Positions 19,134 through 28,398 of a stretch of DNA of 64,000 nt are shown here, one piece after another. The translations under genes and the position numbers were made by a program. The notes under the pieces were generated by a model. The model was not told where the DNA came from, searched no databases, and worked only from the letters and a program-made list of their open reading frames with translations. The DNA comes from an uncultured Oscillospiraceae bacterium (GTDB lineage: Bacteria > Bacillota > Clostridia > Oscillospirales > QAMX01): assembly GCA_964515055.1 (NCBI GenBank), contig CAZEUG010000006.1, forward strand, positions 18,796-82,795. The letters run 5' to 3'. Position 1 is the first letter of the stretch. Every line of letters begins with the position of its first letter.

Positions 19134-19835
19134 TTATGTGACCGGTTCGCCTTTTTCGTTCAGGAAGCCCCTTCGCCGGGTCTTGACATATTCCGGTTCG
19201 AAGCCCAGCTTTTCCTTCGCAGCCGTCAGCAGGTAGGCGGGGTTCAGGCTTCCGTCCTGGCCGTCCCGCAGGATAGCGTCCATGCGGAGAGCAGGAATCT
19301 CCGGCAGTTCCGTAATCGTCAGGGAGCGGATGGAACCGGCCACCTGTGCCTCCTGATAGACGCCCTTTTTGTTCCGCTTCATGACGGAGAAGTCCGGTGC
19401 CAGCCACAGCGTTCGCAGCGCATCCGCCACACCGGTATCGCCGTTTTCCGGCAGATACAGCATCAACTCATAGCGCGTCCACATGATTTCCCGGCCGTTG
19501 ACCGCGTGTTCGGATGCGGATTTCACCGTCAGTCCTTCCGGCAGGACGGCATTCAGTCGCTCCGGCAGCGTCTCAATCGGACAGGGCTCAGCCAGCACGA
19601 TATCGCACAGCTCGCCATCGCTTTCATAGCCCAGAGAGAGTGGCCGAACCAGCGAGAGGAAAACCCGTTGATGGAAGCCGCCCGTGTGCTTCAGGGTGAG
19701 GTCGGCACGGGACAGGGCGCGTTGCAGGGTGCGCATGGTATCCAGGTGAGAAATATAGGCACTTCTGCCCTCCTTTGCAATGACAAGGCGCAAAGGAAGT
19801 TCGGAAGCAGGTGCATTTTGAATTGGCTCAGACAT
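19134..19835 (-). CDS. TIGR03936 (DUF2344) radical-SAM-associated protein
   Basis: RLVIAKEGRSAYISHLDTMRTLQRALSRADL is typical of the family. It overlaps the stop of the upstream TIGR03960-type gene. GGAGG lies 8 nt before ATG 19835. Confidence 0.7.
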   Translation of the reverse strand: MSEPIQNAPASELPLRLVIAKEGRSAYISHLDTMRTLQRALSRADLTLKHTGGFHQRVFLSLVRPLSLGYESDGELCDIVLAEPCPIETLPERLNAVLPEGLTVKSASEHAVNGREIMWTRYELMLYLPENGDTGVADALRTLWLAPDFSVMKRNKKGVYQEAQVAGSIRSLTITELPEIPALRMDAILRDGQDGSLNPAYLLTAAKEKLGFEPEYVKTRRRGFLNEKGEPVT

Positions 19836-21690
19836 CACAGGTTCCTCCATTCAAGAGTCTGGACGCTCCGCAGCCAGAGCATTTTCCGGTTGCGGCGCGG
19901 CAGTCCGGTGTAATTTTCCCGGCATGGGCATCGGCCAGGCTTCGTTTCAGGTATGCATCCGTGACGCCGCAGTCAATCACCGTCCAGGGCAGCGTTTCAT
20001 CCAGTCGCCGCTGCCGGACATAGGTGTGCGGGTCGATGCTGCACGTTTCGAATGCCTTCATCCAGACGTCGAACTTGAACTGCTCGTCCCATGCGTCCAG
20101 GCGACAGCCGTTTCGCCAGGCTTCCAGAATCACCGGTGCCAGCCGCCGGTCGCCGCGGGCGAACACGCCCTCCAAAAAGCTGGTTTCCGGATCATGGTAA
20201 TGGTAGACAATCGATTTGGAGCGGATGGCACCGCGCAGCACCGTCACCTTTCGCCGCAGCTCGTCCATCGGGCACATCGGCTCCCACTGGAACGGAGTAA
20301 ACGGCTTCGGGATGAAGAGCGAGGTGGAAACCGTCACGCGGACGCCTTTCATTTTGTTTTTCGCGGTCATGCGCCAGGTCTGAACCACCTTCTCCGCCAG
20401 CTCAGCAATGGCGCGGATGTCGTCGTCCGTTTCGGTCGGCAGGCCGAGCATGAAATACAGCTTGACGCTGCTCCAGCCGTGGGAGAACATCTGCCCGCAG
20501 GCGCGCAGCAGCTCTTCCTCTGTGATGTTCTTATTGATGACATCGCGGAGGCGCTGCGAACCCGCTTCCGGTGCGAAGGTGATGGAGCTTTTCCGCACGC
20601 CGCTGATGCGTTCCGACAGCTCCGTCGAGAAGCTGTCAGCGCGGAGGGACGGCACGGAGAGATTGATTTTTCGTTCATCGCAGTAGGCCAGCAGCTCATC
20701 ACAGAGCGGGCGCAGGCCGCTGTAATCACTGGTGGACAGCGAGGTCATGGCCAGCTCCTCGCAGCCGGTGAACCGAAGCTGTTCGATGGCCTGCCGCGCC
20801 AGCACCTCCGGCGATTTTTCGCGGATGGGGCGGTAGGTATGACCGGCCTGACAGAAGCGGCAGCCGCGGATGCAGCCGCGGAACAGCTCGATCACAGCGC
20901 GGTCGTGAATCACCTCGGTGGACGGAACCGGATAGACTGTCGGGAAAATCGCCGCATCCAGATCCTGGACGATGCGCTTGGTCACGCGGGACGGGACGCC
21001 CTCCAGCGGTTCCATGGCGACCGTTTCTGCGCCGTCGTATGTATCGCGGTACAGAGACGGCACGTAAAAGCCCTTCAGCTCTGTCGCTGCGGCTTTCAGG
21101 AAGGCTCGCCGATCGGCCTGACGGCCGCCCATACGGCGGTAAAGGAGCATCAGCTCCGGCAGCATTTCCTCCCCTTCGCCAATGGCCATCAGGTCAAAGA
21201 AATCGGCCATCGGTTCGGCGTTGTAGGTACACGGCCCGCCGCACATGACAATCGGATCGTTCGGGCCGCGATCGCGTGCCAGCAGTGGAATGCCGGCCAG
21301 GTCGAGCATGGTCAGAACGTTGGTATAGCACATTTCATATTGCAGGGTGAAGCCGAGAAAATCAAACTGTTTCAGCGGGTCACCGCTTTCCAGTGCATAG
21401 AGTGGCAGCTGCTCCCGGCGCATTTCCACTTCCATATCCGGCCACGGCGTATAGGCACGTTCGCACCAGACACCCTCCGTCGCGTTCAGTGCGCCGTACA
21501 GAATCCGCACGCCGAGGTTGGACATCCCCACTTCATAGACATCCGGATAGCAGAAGGCGTATCGGATATCCACGTCCTTTTTTTCTTTGATCGTTGAACC
21601 GTATTCCCCGCCGGTATACCGTGCCGGTTTCTGCACGCGTTGGAGTATCCGGGCGAGCTTTGGATTGATTTCAGCGTTTCGATCGTTCAT
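19828..21690 (-). CDS. TIGR03960-type B12-binding-domain radical SAM protein
   Basis: N-terminus ...VQKPARYTGGEYGS..., radical SAM cluster motif CIRGCRFCQAG, 620 aa, partnered with the DUF2344 gene. Confidence 0.85.
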   Translation of the reverse strand: MNDRNAEINPKLARILQRVQKPARYTGGEYGSTIKEKKDVDIRYAFCYPDVYEVGMSNLGVRILYGALNATEGVWCERAYTPWPDMEVEMRREQLPLYALESGDPLKQFDFLGFTLQYEMCYTNVLTMLDLAGIPLLARDRGPNDPIVMCGGPCTYNAEPMADFFDLMAIGEGEEMLPELMLLYRRMGGRQADRRAFLKAAATELKGFYVPSLYRDTYDGAETVAMEPLEGVPSRVTKRIVQDLDAAIFPTVYPVPSTEVIHDRAVIELFRGCIRGCRFCQAGHTYRPIREKSPEVLARQAIEQLRFTGCEELAMTSLSTSDYSGLRPLCDELLAYCDERKINLSVPSLRADSFSTELSERISGVRKSSITFAPEAGSQRLRDVINKNITEEELLRACGQMFSHGWSSVKLYFMLGLPTETDDDIRAIAELAEKVVQTWRMTAKNKMKGVRVTVSTSLFIPKPFTPFQWEPMCPMDELRRKVTVLRGAIRSKSIVYHYHDPETSFLEGVFARGDRRLAPVILEAWRNGCRLDAWDEQFKFDVWMKAFETCSIDPHTYVRQRRLDETLPWTVIDCGVTDAYLKRSLADAHAGKITPDCRAATGKCSGCGASRLLNGGTCDV

Positions 21691-22396
21691 AATGTTTCTG
21701 TCGTCTGCATGGTTCGGATGTTCCGTGTACCGAACGCATTGATACGTTTTCCTCCGTTTTCGTTTTTCTCAGTGAGAATCGTTGATCTGTCTTTATTATA
21801 TCACACCCAAGCAGAAACGACAAGTAGAGCGTTGTCACGGCCACCATTGGATTTCGACCGGATGATCGGAACAGCAGGCCGCCGCATACAAGAATCGCCA
21901 GCGCCGACAGTCCGGAAACCAGGTGCGCCAGCCGCTCTCCCCGTTTGGGTCCCAGCGCGTATTCCGCGCAGAGCCGCACGATTTTTCCGCCGTCAAAGCG
22001 GCCTGCCGGTGCCAGATTGAAGAGGCCGACTGCGATATTCGCGCCACCAAGAATGTATATATATTCACTTTTTGCAAAGATACACACCATCAAAAATCCG
22101 GCAAGCAGATTCGCGGCGGCACCGCTGGCCAGGCAAATGACCTCCCGTAGGTAGGACGTTGTCGGCAGCAGCGTCGTCTCCATCCGGAAGCCATCCATCC
22201 GCAGCTCCAGCGCACGGAGGTGGCCGCCGCAGAGGCGCACAACGCCCATATGTGCCAGCTCGTGCAGCAGGGAGCAGCAGAGAACAGTCATTCCTCCGCT
22301 GAAGCCACAGACCGCAAACAGCAGAATCCAGGTGAACAGGAATCCATTTGTGATCGAAAATCGGACAAAATCATGGATCAAGGTGATTTCCTGCAA
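21671..22396 (-). CDS. M50 site-2 metalloprotease, SpoIVFB-like
   Basis: HELAH zinc motif in a TM helix, and the downstream NLAPAGRFDGG (NxxPxxxxDG) motif. Polytopic membrane protein. Confidence 0.7.
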   Translation of the reverse strand: MQEITLIHDFVRFSITNGFLFTWILLFAVCGFSGGMTVLCCSLLHELAHMGVVRLCGGHLRALELRMDGFRMETTLLPTTSYLREVICLASGAAANLLAGFLMVCIFAKSEYIYILGGANIAVGLFNLAPAGRFDGGKIVRLCAEYALGPKRGERLAHLVSGLSALAILVCGGLLFRSSGRNPMVAVTTLYLSFLLGCDIIKTDQRFSLRKTKTEENVSMRSVHGTSEPCRRQKHYERSKR

Positions 22397-22679
22397 CAGA
22401 TGGGTCAGTGTTCATTTTCCCTGTTCCGGCGTTTCCCGGCAGTGGTGCATAGGTCTGCGCAACAGCAACGGGCTGCCCCACCCTTTCGTCTTCTACGGAT
22501 TTCCCCAACCGGTGGCCGATCTCCGCAAAGACAGCTTCTGCGCCATTCGGCCATTCCCCATTGCACCGTGTCCGCCCGTGCAGTGCGGCGGCTGTCAGCA
22601 CAACAGCGGCGCAGATTGCCAACCGGAAAAGCATCCGGTTTCGTTCTGTTTTTACATATGAATTCATTAGTTTGGCCAT
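22371..22679 (-). CDS. Small single-pass membrane protein, unknown function
   Basis: MAKLMNSYVKTERNRMLFRLAICAAVVLTAAAL... ATG 22679 lies 6 nt after GGAGGGG. It overlaps the M50 start by 26 nt. Confidence 0.4.
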   Translation of the reverse strand: MAKLMNSYVKTERNRMLFRLAICAAVVLTAAALHGRTRCNGEWPNGAEAVFAEIGHRLGKSVEDERVGQPVAVAQTYAPLPGNAGTGKMNTDPSVAGNHLDP

Positions 22680-22911
22680 CTCTGTCCCCTCCATCCTGTT
22701 CAAAGCTCATTTTATGCTATGCATTGCCCGCGGATTTATGCGAAAACAGATGCTGCATCGTCAATCTACACAAGGATGAATCTTTTTTCTTGCAGAAGAA
22801 TGTAGGTTTATGCATTGCTTTTTGAGGTCATTTGTAGTAAAATATGGTTCGTCTATGTAAGGGAAGTGTCTGATGCTTCTTCCCTTCTAAAAATTCAGGA
22901 GGTTATTACCC

Positions 22912-23715
22912 ATGAAATCCATGAAAAAAATCAGCCTGTTCCTGGCTCTGCTGATGATGCTGTGCTGCTTTGCTTCCTGCTCCTCGACTACGAAGTCCGT
23001 CAAGATCGAGACAGTTGACGATCTGGTCGGCAAGACGATCGGCGTTCAGCTCGGCACCACCGGCGATATCAACATCGCTTCCAATATTAAAGATGCCAAG
23101 GTGCAGCAGTATTCCAAGGCCATCGACGCCGCTCTGGCACTGGCCGATGGCAAGATCGACTGCGTCATTGTCGATATGGAACCTGCCAAGAACATTGTTG
23201 CCGCCAACTCGGCACTCAAAATCCAGACCTCGATCACCTTTGATCCGGAAGACTACGCCATTGCCGTCAAAAAGGGCAATTCCGAGCTGCTCGGTCTGAT
23301 TGATGTCGTCCTGAACGAGATCAAGAGCGACGGCACCTACGACAACCTGATCAAGGGCTTCATCGAGACGCCGCAGGATGAACGCGACGCTTACATCACG
23401 GGCGATCAGATCGGCACTGAAGGCGTTCTGCGCGTTGGCACCAACGCTGAATTCCCGCCGTTTGAATACACGCTGGACGATGGCACGATTGTCGGCTTCG
23501 ACATTGAAATCGCAAAGCTGATTGCAAAGAAAGCCAACAAGACGCTTGAAATCGTCAACACGGCGTTCGATTCCCTGCTGCTTGAGCTGGACAGCGGCAA
23601 CGTTGATTTTGTCATTGCCGGTATGACCGTTGATGCGGAGCGTTCCGCTCAGGTCGACTTCTCCGCCAGCTACTACACCTCTGAGCAGGCTGTGATTGTC
23701 CGCGCCGACAACTAA
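22912..23715 (+). CDS. Amino-acid ABC transporter substrate-binding lipoprotein (family 3), circularly permuted domain order
   Basis: Signal peptide with lipobox (CFASC). The canonical C-terminal half (DDLVGKTIGVQLGTTGD...YAIAVKKGNSELL...DGTYDNLIKGF) comes before the canonical N-terminal half (LRVGTNAEFPPFEY...GFDIEIAKLIA...IAGMTVDAERSAQVDFSASYY). Confidence 0.8.
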   Translation: MKSMKKISLFLALLMMLCCFASCSSTTKSVKIETVDDLVGKTIGVQLGTTGDINIASNIKDAKVQQYSKAIDAALALADGKIDCVIVDMEPAKNIVAANSALKIQTSITFDPEDYAIAVKKGNSELLGLIDVVLNEIKSDGTYDNLIKGFIETPQDERDAYITGDQIGTEGVLRVGTNAEFPPFEYTLDDGTIVGFDIEIAKLIAKKANKTLEIVNTAFDSLLLELDSGNVDFVIAGMTVDAERSAQVDFSASYYTSEQAVIVRADN

Positions 23716-23736
23716 AACATCAAAAACACCTCATTC

Positions 23737-23772
23737 GGCTGCGGGCCGCACTGCGCGGTCCGCAGCCTTTCA
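23737..23772 (+). terminator. Weak hairpin/attenuator between the SBP and permease genes
   Basis: GGCTGCGG...CCGCAGCC stem followed only by TTTCAC. Probably gives partial termination. Confidence 0.3.
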
Positions 23773-23793
23773 CTACAGTAAAAGGATGGTCGC

Positions 23794-24519
23794 ATGACAG
23801 CATGGTTTGAACAGGCTGGGCACTCCATCAGTCTCTGGTGGCAGGATTTGTCCGCTGAATTTTATCAGAATTTCATTTACAACAACCGTTGGCTTCAGCT
23901 GGTTGACGGCCTCAAGATTACGCTCTACATTACGCTGGGTTCTGTCCTGATCGGCATTATTCTCGGCGTGATCCTCGCGCTGCTCCGCCTTTCCCGCAAC
24001 CGCCTGGCGCGTGGCTTTGCGCAGGTGTATCTGACGGTGTTCCGCGGAACTCCGCTGTTGATTCAGCTCCTGATTGTCAACTATGTGGTGTTTTCCGGCA
24101 TCCGGATTCCGGGCATGGTGGTGGCCATCATCGCGTTCGGCATGAACAGCGGTGCCTACGTCGCAGAAATCGTCCGTTCCGGGATTCAGTCGATTGACCG
24201 CGGTCAGACGGAAGCGGCCCGTTCACTCGGCTTCAACCAGTCGCAGACCATGCGCTACATCATTTTGCCGCAGGCGTTCAAAAACATTCTGCCGACGTTG
24301 GCCAACGAGGTCATTGTCCTCCTGAAGGAGACCTCCGTTGTCGGCTATATCTCCATCACGGATTTGACTCGTGCGGGTGACATCATCAGGAGCCGAACCT
24401 ATTCCGCGTTCATGCCGCTGGTCGGCGTTGCCGTGGTGTATCTGATGATGACAACGCTGTTGTCCTTTATCTTTGGAAAAATTGAAAGGAGGATGCACGC
24501 CAATGATACGCGTTCATGA
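23794..24519 (+). CDS. Amino-acid ABC transporter permease (His/Glu/Gln/Arg family)
   Basis: EAA-loop region [33 protein letters not shown]. Multi-TM protein. Confidence 0.9.
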   Translation: MTAWFEQAGHSISLWWQDLSAEFYQNFIYNNRWLQLVDGLKITLYITLGSVLIGIILGVILALLRLSRNRLARGFAQVYLTVFRGTPLLIQLLIVNYVVFSGIRIPGMVVAIIAFGMNSGAYVAEIVRSGIQSIDRGQTEAARSLGFNQSQTMRYIILPQAFKNILPTLANEVIVLLKETSVVGYISITDLTRAGDIIRSRTYSAFMPLVGVAVVYLMMTTLLSFIFGKIERRMHANDTRS

Positions 24520-25225
24520 TCTCCACAAGAGCTTCGGAAAGCTGTCGGTCTTAAACGGCATCACGGAGCACATTGAAAAAGGTGAAAAGATTGTTGTCAT
24601 CGGCCCCTCCGGCTCCGGCAAATCGACGTTTCTGCGCTGTCTGAACCTGCTGGAGCAGCCAACTTCCGGCGAAATTTATGTCGATGACGAGCTGACGACA
24701 CAAAAGAATTTCAACGTCAACAAGCTCCGCATGAAGATGGGCATGGTGTTTCAGGGCTTCAACCTGTTCCCGCATCTGAGCGTTCAGCGGAACCTGACGC
24801 TGGCACCGGTCAAGCTGGGGCTGAAAACGCAGGCGGAAGCGGATGAAGCGGCGCTGGCACTTTTGAGCCGTGTCGGGCTGCGCGACAAGGCTGACGCCTA
24901 TCCCCGGCAGCTTTCCGGCGGTCAGCAGCAGCGTGTTGGAATTGCACGGGCGTTGGCCATGAATCCGGAAATCATGCTCTTTGACGAGCCGACGAGTGCT
25001 TTGGATCCTGAAATGGTCGGCGAAGTGCTGGATGTTATGAAGCAGCTTGCTGACGACGGCATGACCATGGTGGTCGTCACGCATGAGATGGGGTTTGCGC
25101 GTGAGGTGGCCAGCCGCGTCCTCTTCATGGATAACGGCCTGATCATCGAAGAAAACTCGCCGTCGGTGATTTTCTCCAATCCGCAGAATCAGCGCACCCG
25201 CGATTTTCTCAGCAAAGTTCTGTAA
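24503..25225 (+). CDS. Amino-acid ABC transporter ATP-binding protein
   Basis: [12 protein letters not shown]..., [41 protein letters not shown] precedes ATG 24503, which overlaps the permease stop. Confidence 0.93.
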   Translation: MIRVHDLHKSFGKLSVLNGITEHIEKGEKIVVIGPSGSGKSTFLRCLNLLEQPTSGEIYVDDELTTQKNFNVNKLRMKMGMVFQGFNLFPHLSVQRNLTLAPVKLGLKTQAEADEAALALLSRVGLRDKADAYPRQLSGGQQQRVGIARALAMNPEIMLFDEPTSALDPEMVGEVLDVMKQLADDGMTMVVVTHEMGFAREVASRVLFMDNGLIIEENSPSVIFSNPQNQRTRDFLSKVL

Positions 25226-25235
25226 GTTACCATCT

Positions 25236-25273
25236 GCCGTATGGAGGGCTTCTGCCTTCCATACGGCTTTTCT
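25236..25273 (+). terminator. Intrinsic terminator of the amino-acid ABC operon
   Basis: 13-bp stem GCCGTATGGAGGG/CCTTCCATACGGC followed by TTTTCT. Confidence 0.75.
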
Positions 25274-25301
25274 AAGCGTTTGAAAAGGAGAGATGTCACT
25301 C

Positions 25302-25727
25302 ATGTGGTCTATGATCTGGCCCATTCTGATTGTTGTCGCTGCAAACACGGCCTATCATCTGGCAGCAAAATCAACTCCAGACGTTGTAAATGCATTCGCA
25401 TCGCTCTTCATCACCTATCTGACGGCGGCGATCTGTTCGCTGCTCCTGTTTTTCTGCACCGCCGGGCAGAAAAGCCTCTGGGCTGAGCTTGGAAAAACCA
25501 ACTGGACAACCTATGTACTGGGTGCGGCGGTGGTCGGGCTGGAGTTCGGCTTCGTCTGCATTTATCGTGCCGGTTGGAAAATCAGCATTGCTCAACTGGT
25601 TGCAAGCAGTGCGCTGACGTGTGTGCTGCTGATCATCGGGCTGTGTTTTTATCGGGAAGCGCTGTCTGTTCGTCAGATTGCCGGACTCTGTCTGGCCGGA
25701 GCGGGGCTGATTCTGCTGTCGAAATAA
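25302..25727 (+). CDS. Small DMT/EamA-like membrane transporter (single-domain size)
   Basis: 141 aa, about five hydrophobic helices, EamA-like pattern. ATG 25302 lies 11 nt after GGAG. Confidence 0.55.
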   Translation: MWSMIWPILIVVAANTAYHLAAKSTPDVVNAFASLFITYLTAAICSLLLFFCTAGQKSLWAELGKTNWTTYVLGAAVVGLEFGFVCIYRAGWKISIAQLVASSALTCVLLIIGLCFYREALSVRQIAGLCLAGAGLILLSK

Positions 25728-25746
25728 TCGTTCCCCGCTCCGCTTC

Positions 25747-25775
25747 TTGACTTCACGTGCGAATTCTGCTATACT
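25747..25775 (+). promoter_or_regulatory. Sigma-A promoter of the GH38-like gene
   Basis: TTGACT (25747-25752), 17 nt, TATACT (25770-25775). Confidence 0.55.
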
Positions 25776-25848
25776 TAACTATCCGGGATTTTGCCCGGCA
25801 GACTATCTGTTGCCCACACTGGAAAACACTGGAGGCTAATTGTACATC

Positions 25849-28290
25849 ATGCAGAACAATGAAAAGAAAACCATGTATGTCATGACATACGATCATGGCG
25901 GTTTTGTGCTCTGGAAGGATCGCGTTGAAGAGACACTTCGGGAGCATATTGGCTGGCTGGAGAAATATCCGGGCTTCAAATTCGGGCTGGACTATGAAGC
26001 ATTCACATTCGATGAGCTGTCGGAGACCGATCCGGAGATCATCGAGCTCATCCGCGACACGCTTGCGAAATATCCCGGCAGCTTCGGCCTCGGCTCCACC
26101 ACCTACGGTCAACCGCTCTCGCTCTTTATTTCCGACGAATCCAACGTCCGTCAATTGACGTATGCCGTTCGTTCCAATCTCAAGCATTTCGGCCAGACGC
26201 CGCCGGTTTACTGCATTTCCGAATTTGCTCTGTTGAATCAGTCTCCGCAGCTTCTGAAGCTCTCCGGCTTCCAGGCAGCCATTCTGCGCACGCACGTCAT
26301 GAATTACGGCTATCAGCGCGCCTTTGACAAGGCATGGGGCAACTGGATCGGCAAGGACGGCACCGGGATTCCCGCCGTTCCCGACTATGACGATGAGGGC
26401 ATCGGCTACTGCAACACCACGCTCGACAACTGGATTCTGAGCCGCTGGCCGACTGATTCCGTCTACTCTCTGGCTGATTTCCAGGAACGCTTCGGGAAAT
26501 ATGAGCCGCTGCTCGCTTCCCGTTATGACGACCTGACACAGCCGTATGAAAAGCTGGTTGCAGATGCCGTCCAGCACGACAACTGGCCCTTCATCCTGCT
26601 GGAGGACATCCCGAAGATTTACGGTGAAGCCACGGAACCGCTGGTGACAACTGACAACGATTTCCACGGGAAAATTCCGTGGGGCTACTGCGGCAATGAG
26701 ATTTTCAACGATTGCCGCAAAGCAGAGGTCAACGCCGCCCGCGCCGAGCGTTTGAACGCACTGTCCGTCATGTTTGGCGGTGCTTCTGCGCAGGAAACAT
26801 TGGAACGCGCCTGGAAGAACGTGCTGGTTGCACAGCACCACGATATCACCATCTGCGGCCTTCTGGATCTGGCACATCGTTTCCTCCCGGCCTCGCTGCA
26901 GGCGTCTCAGGAAGCCGACGCCGTTTCCGCTTCCGATCTCACCCACCGCTTTGCAGATGCCACGCACGACTCCGTACTCGTCTTCAACCCGAACTCCTTC
27001 CCTGTGACCGAATGGATTGTCGTCTCCGCGAAGGGCTGCACCGGCGCTTCCGACAACGGCACCGCCGTTCCGGCTGAGCAGACTGCGGATGGACAGCTGA
27101 AGCTGCTGGTTCATCTGAATGCGCTGGAAAGCAAGCGTCTGAACCTTGAAAAACAGACAGCTTCCGCCCAGGCCGGTGCATTCCGTTGGGATGCTGCAAC
27201 CGGTATGCTGACCACGCCGCTCTACCGGATTCGTCTGACGCCGCAGGGCATCGCATCGATTGACGATGCAGCCACCGGTCGTCGCTATGTCGACAACGGC
27301 ATCGGACAGCTGTTCCGCGGCTACATCGAGGACATCGATTGCGTGATTTCCGATGAAGCCTGGCAGGTCACGGTTTCGGCGCATTCCGCCTGTGCCGTCA
27401 AGACCGGCACCATCGGCTCCATCCCGTTCCGCTTTGAAATGTGCGCTGCCGAAGGCGTGGCGCGTCTGGATTGCTCCGCCTCCTTCGACATTCACGGAGA
27501 GCGCATCGGCCGTACCGGCATTACCAAGGGCATTCACGAGGATTGGAACGTCAACGGTTCCGTTCACGAAGAAAAGCTGCGCTTTGTCATGACACCCGCT
27601 CTGAAGTCCGACCGCCGGATGGTTCGCGACGTTCCGTTCTCCATTTCCGATTGGGATGGCCAGATTGCGAAGCCGCAGGACTTCTGGTACGAAGGCAAAA
27701 AGGTTCTGGTGGATGAGCCGGTCAGCCCGGAGGAGTCCTTCCAGTCTGTCACCTATCTGCAGGGTCTGTATTGGGTCGCGCTGCGTGATGACACGCAGGG
27801 TGTTGCACTGTTCAACCGCGGCTGCATGGGTTCGTCCGTATTCGGCAACGAGATTTCCCTGCCCCTGATTTACGCCAACACCTACCCCTGCGGCACACGG
27901 ATGCTGGACGGTACGTTTGGCGGTGAGTTTTCCATCTACCCCTTCTCGGCCGATGTGGCTGACTGCGGCGTCCACCGCTCTGCGCTGTCCTATGCCTATC
28001 CAGTGATGGCGATGGAGCTGGCGCCCGGTAACGGCGATTTGGCGCAGGCTGCTCTGGCTGATTTCCAGGCCGATTGCGACAGCGTCATTTTGACTGCGGT
28101 CTATCCGGAAAATGGTGCGCTGTATGCACGGTTCTGCAACTATTCCGACCGAAGTGCATCAGCGCAGTTCCATCCGACCTGCGGGAACGTATCCGCAGAG
28201 GTCAACCTGCTCGGCGACGAACTGGCCAAATGCGGCGAGCAGCTGCATTTCCGTCCCTGGGAAATCAAAACCATTCGCATTGACCTGTAA
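25849..28290 (+). CDS. Glycoside hydrolase, GH38 (alpha-mannosidase)-related
   Basis: 813 aa. LERAWKNVLVAQHHDITICG resembles the GH38 central QFHD motif. N-terminal YDHGG barrel-type start. Protein-like composition, unlike the 740-aa antisense ORF. Confidence 0.5.
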   Translation: MQNNEKKTMYVMTYDHGGFVLWKDRVEETLREHIGWLEKYPGFKFGLDYEAFTFDELSETDPEIIELIRDTLAKYPGSFGLGSTTYGQPLSLFISDESNVRQLTYAVRSNLKHFGQTPPVYCISEFALLNQSPQLLKLSGFQAAILRTHVMNYGYQRAFDKAWGNWIGKDGTGIPAVPDYDDEGIGYCNTTLDNWILSRWPTDSVYSLADFQERFGKYEPLLASRYDDLTQPYEKLVADAVQHDNWPFILLEDIPKIYGEATEPLVTTDNDFHGKIPWGYCGNEIFNDCRKAEVNAARAERLNALSVMFGGASAQETLERAWKNVLVAQHHDITICGLLDLAHRFLPASLQASQEADAVSASDLTHRFADATHDSVLVFNPNSFPVTEWIVVSAKGCTGASDNGTAVPAEQTADGQLKLLVHLNALESKRLNLEKQTASAQAGAFRWDAATGMLTTPLYRIRLTPQGIASIDDAATGRRYVDNGIGQLFRGYIEDIDCVISDEAWQVTVSAHSACAVKTGTIGSIPFRFEMCAAEGVARLDCSASFDIHGERIGRTGITKGIHEDWNVNGSVHEEKLRFVMTPALKSDRRMVRDVPFSISDWDGQIAKPQDFWYEGKKVLVDEPVSPEESFQSVTYLQGLYWVALRDDTQGVALFNRGCMGSSVFGNEISLPLIYANTYPCGTRMLDGTFGGEFSIYPFSADVADCGVHRSALSYAYPVMAMELAPGNGDLAQAALADFQADCDSVILTAVYPENGALYARFCNYSDRSASAQFHPTCGNVSAEVNLLGDELAKCGEQLHFRPWEIKTIRIDL

Positions 28291-28305
28291 ACGCTTTGAA
28301 CGCAA

Positions 28306-28346
28306 AACGCACCTGCTGTCCGATCGGACAGCAGGTGCGTTTTTGA
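28306..28346. terminator. Bidirectional terminator
   Basis: GCACCTGCTGTCCGATCGGACAGCAGGTGC perfect palindrome flanked by AAAAC and TTTTTG, between convergent genes. Confidence 0.8.
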
Positions 28347-28398
28347 ATGCCGGAGCCCCGGGAATTCCGAGATTCGTTTGTTCCGGGCACTGCCGGTT

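Noticed and set aside
18192-21597. 573-aa and 557-aa plus-strand ORFs opposite ldhA, the DUF2344 gene and the radical SAM gene.
   Set aside because: They are antisense shadows. They run across gene boundaries and intergenic terminators and have no motifs.
25753-27975. 740-aa ORF on the minus strand, opposite the GH38-like gene.
   Set aside because: Its composition is Gly/Ala/Arg/Val-rich with no motifs, start context or RBS. It lies entirely antisense to a protein-like ORF that has a promoter, RBS and terminator, so it is a typical high-GC shadow ORF.
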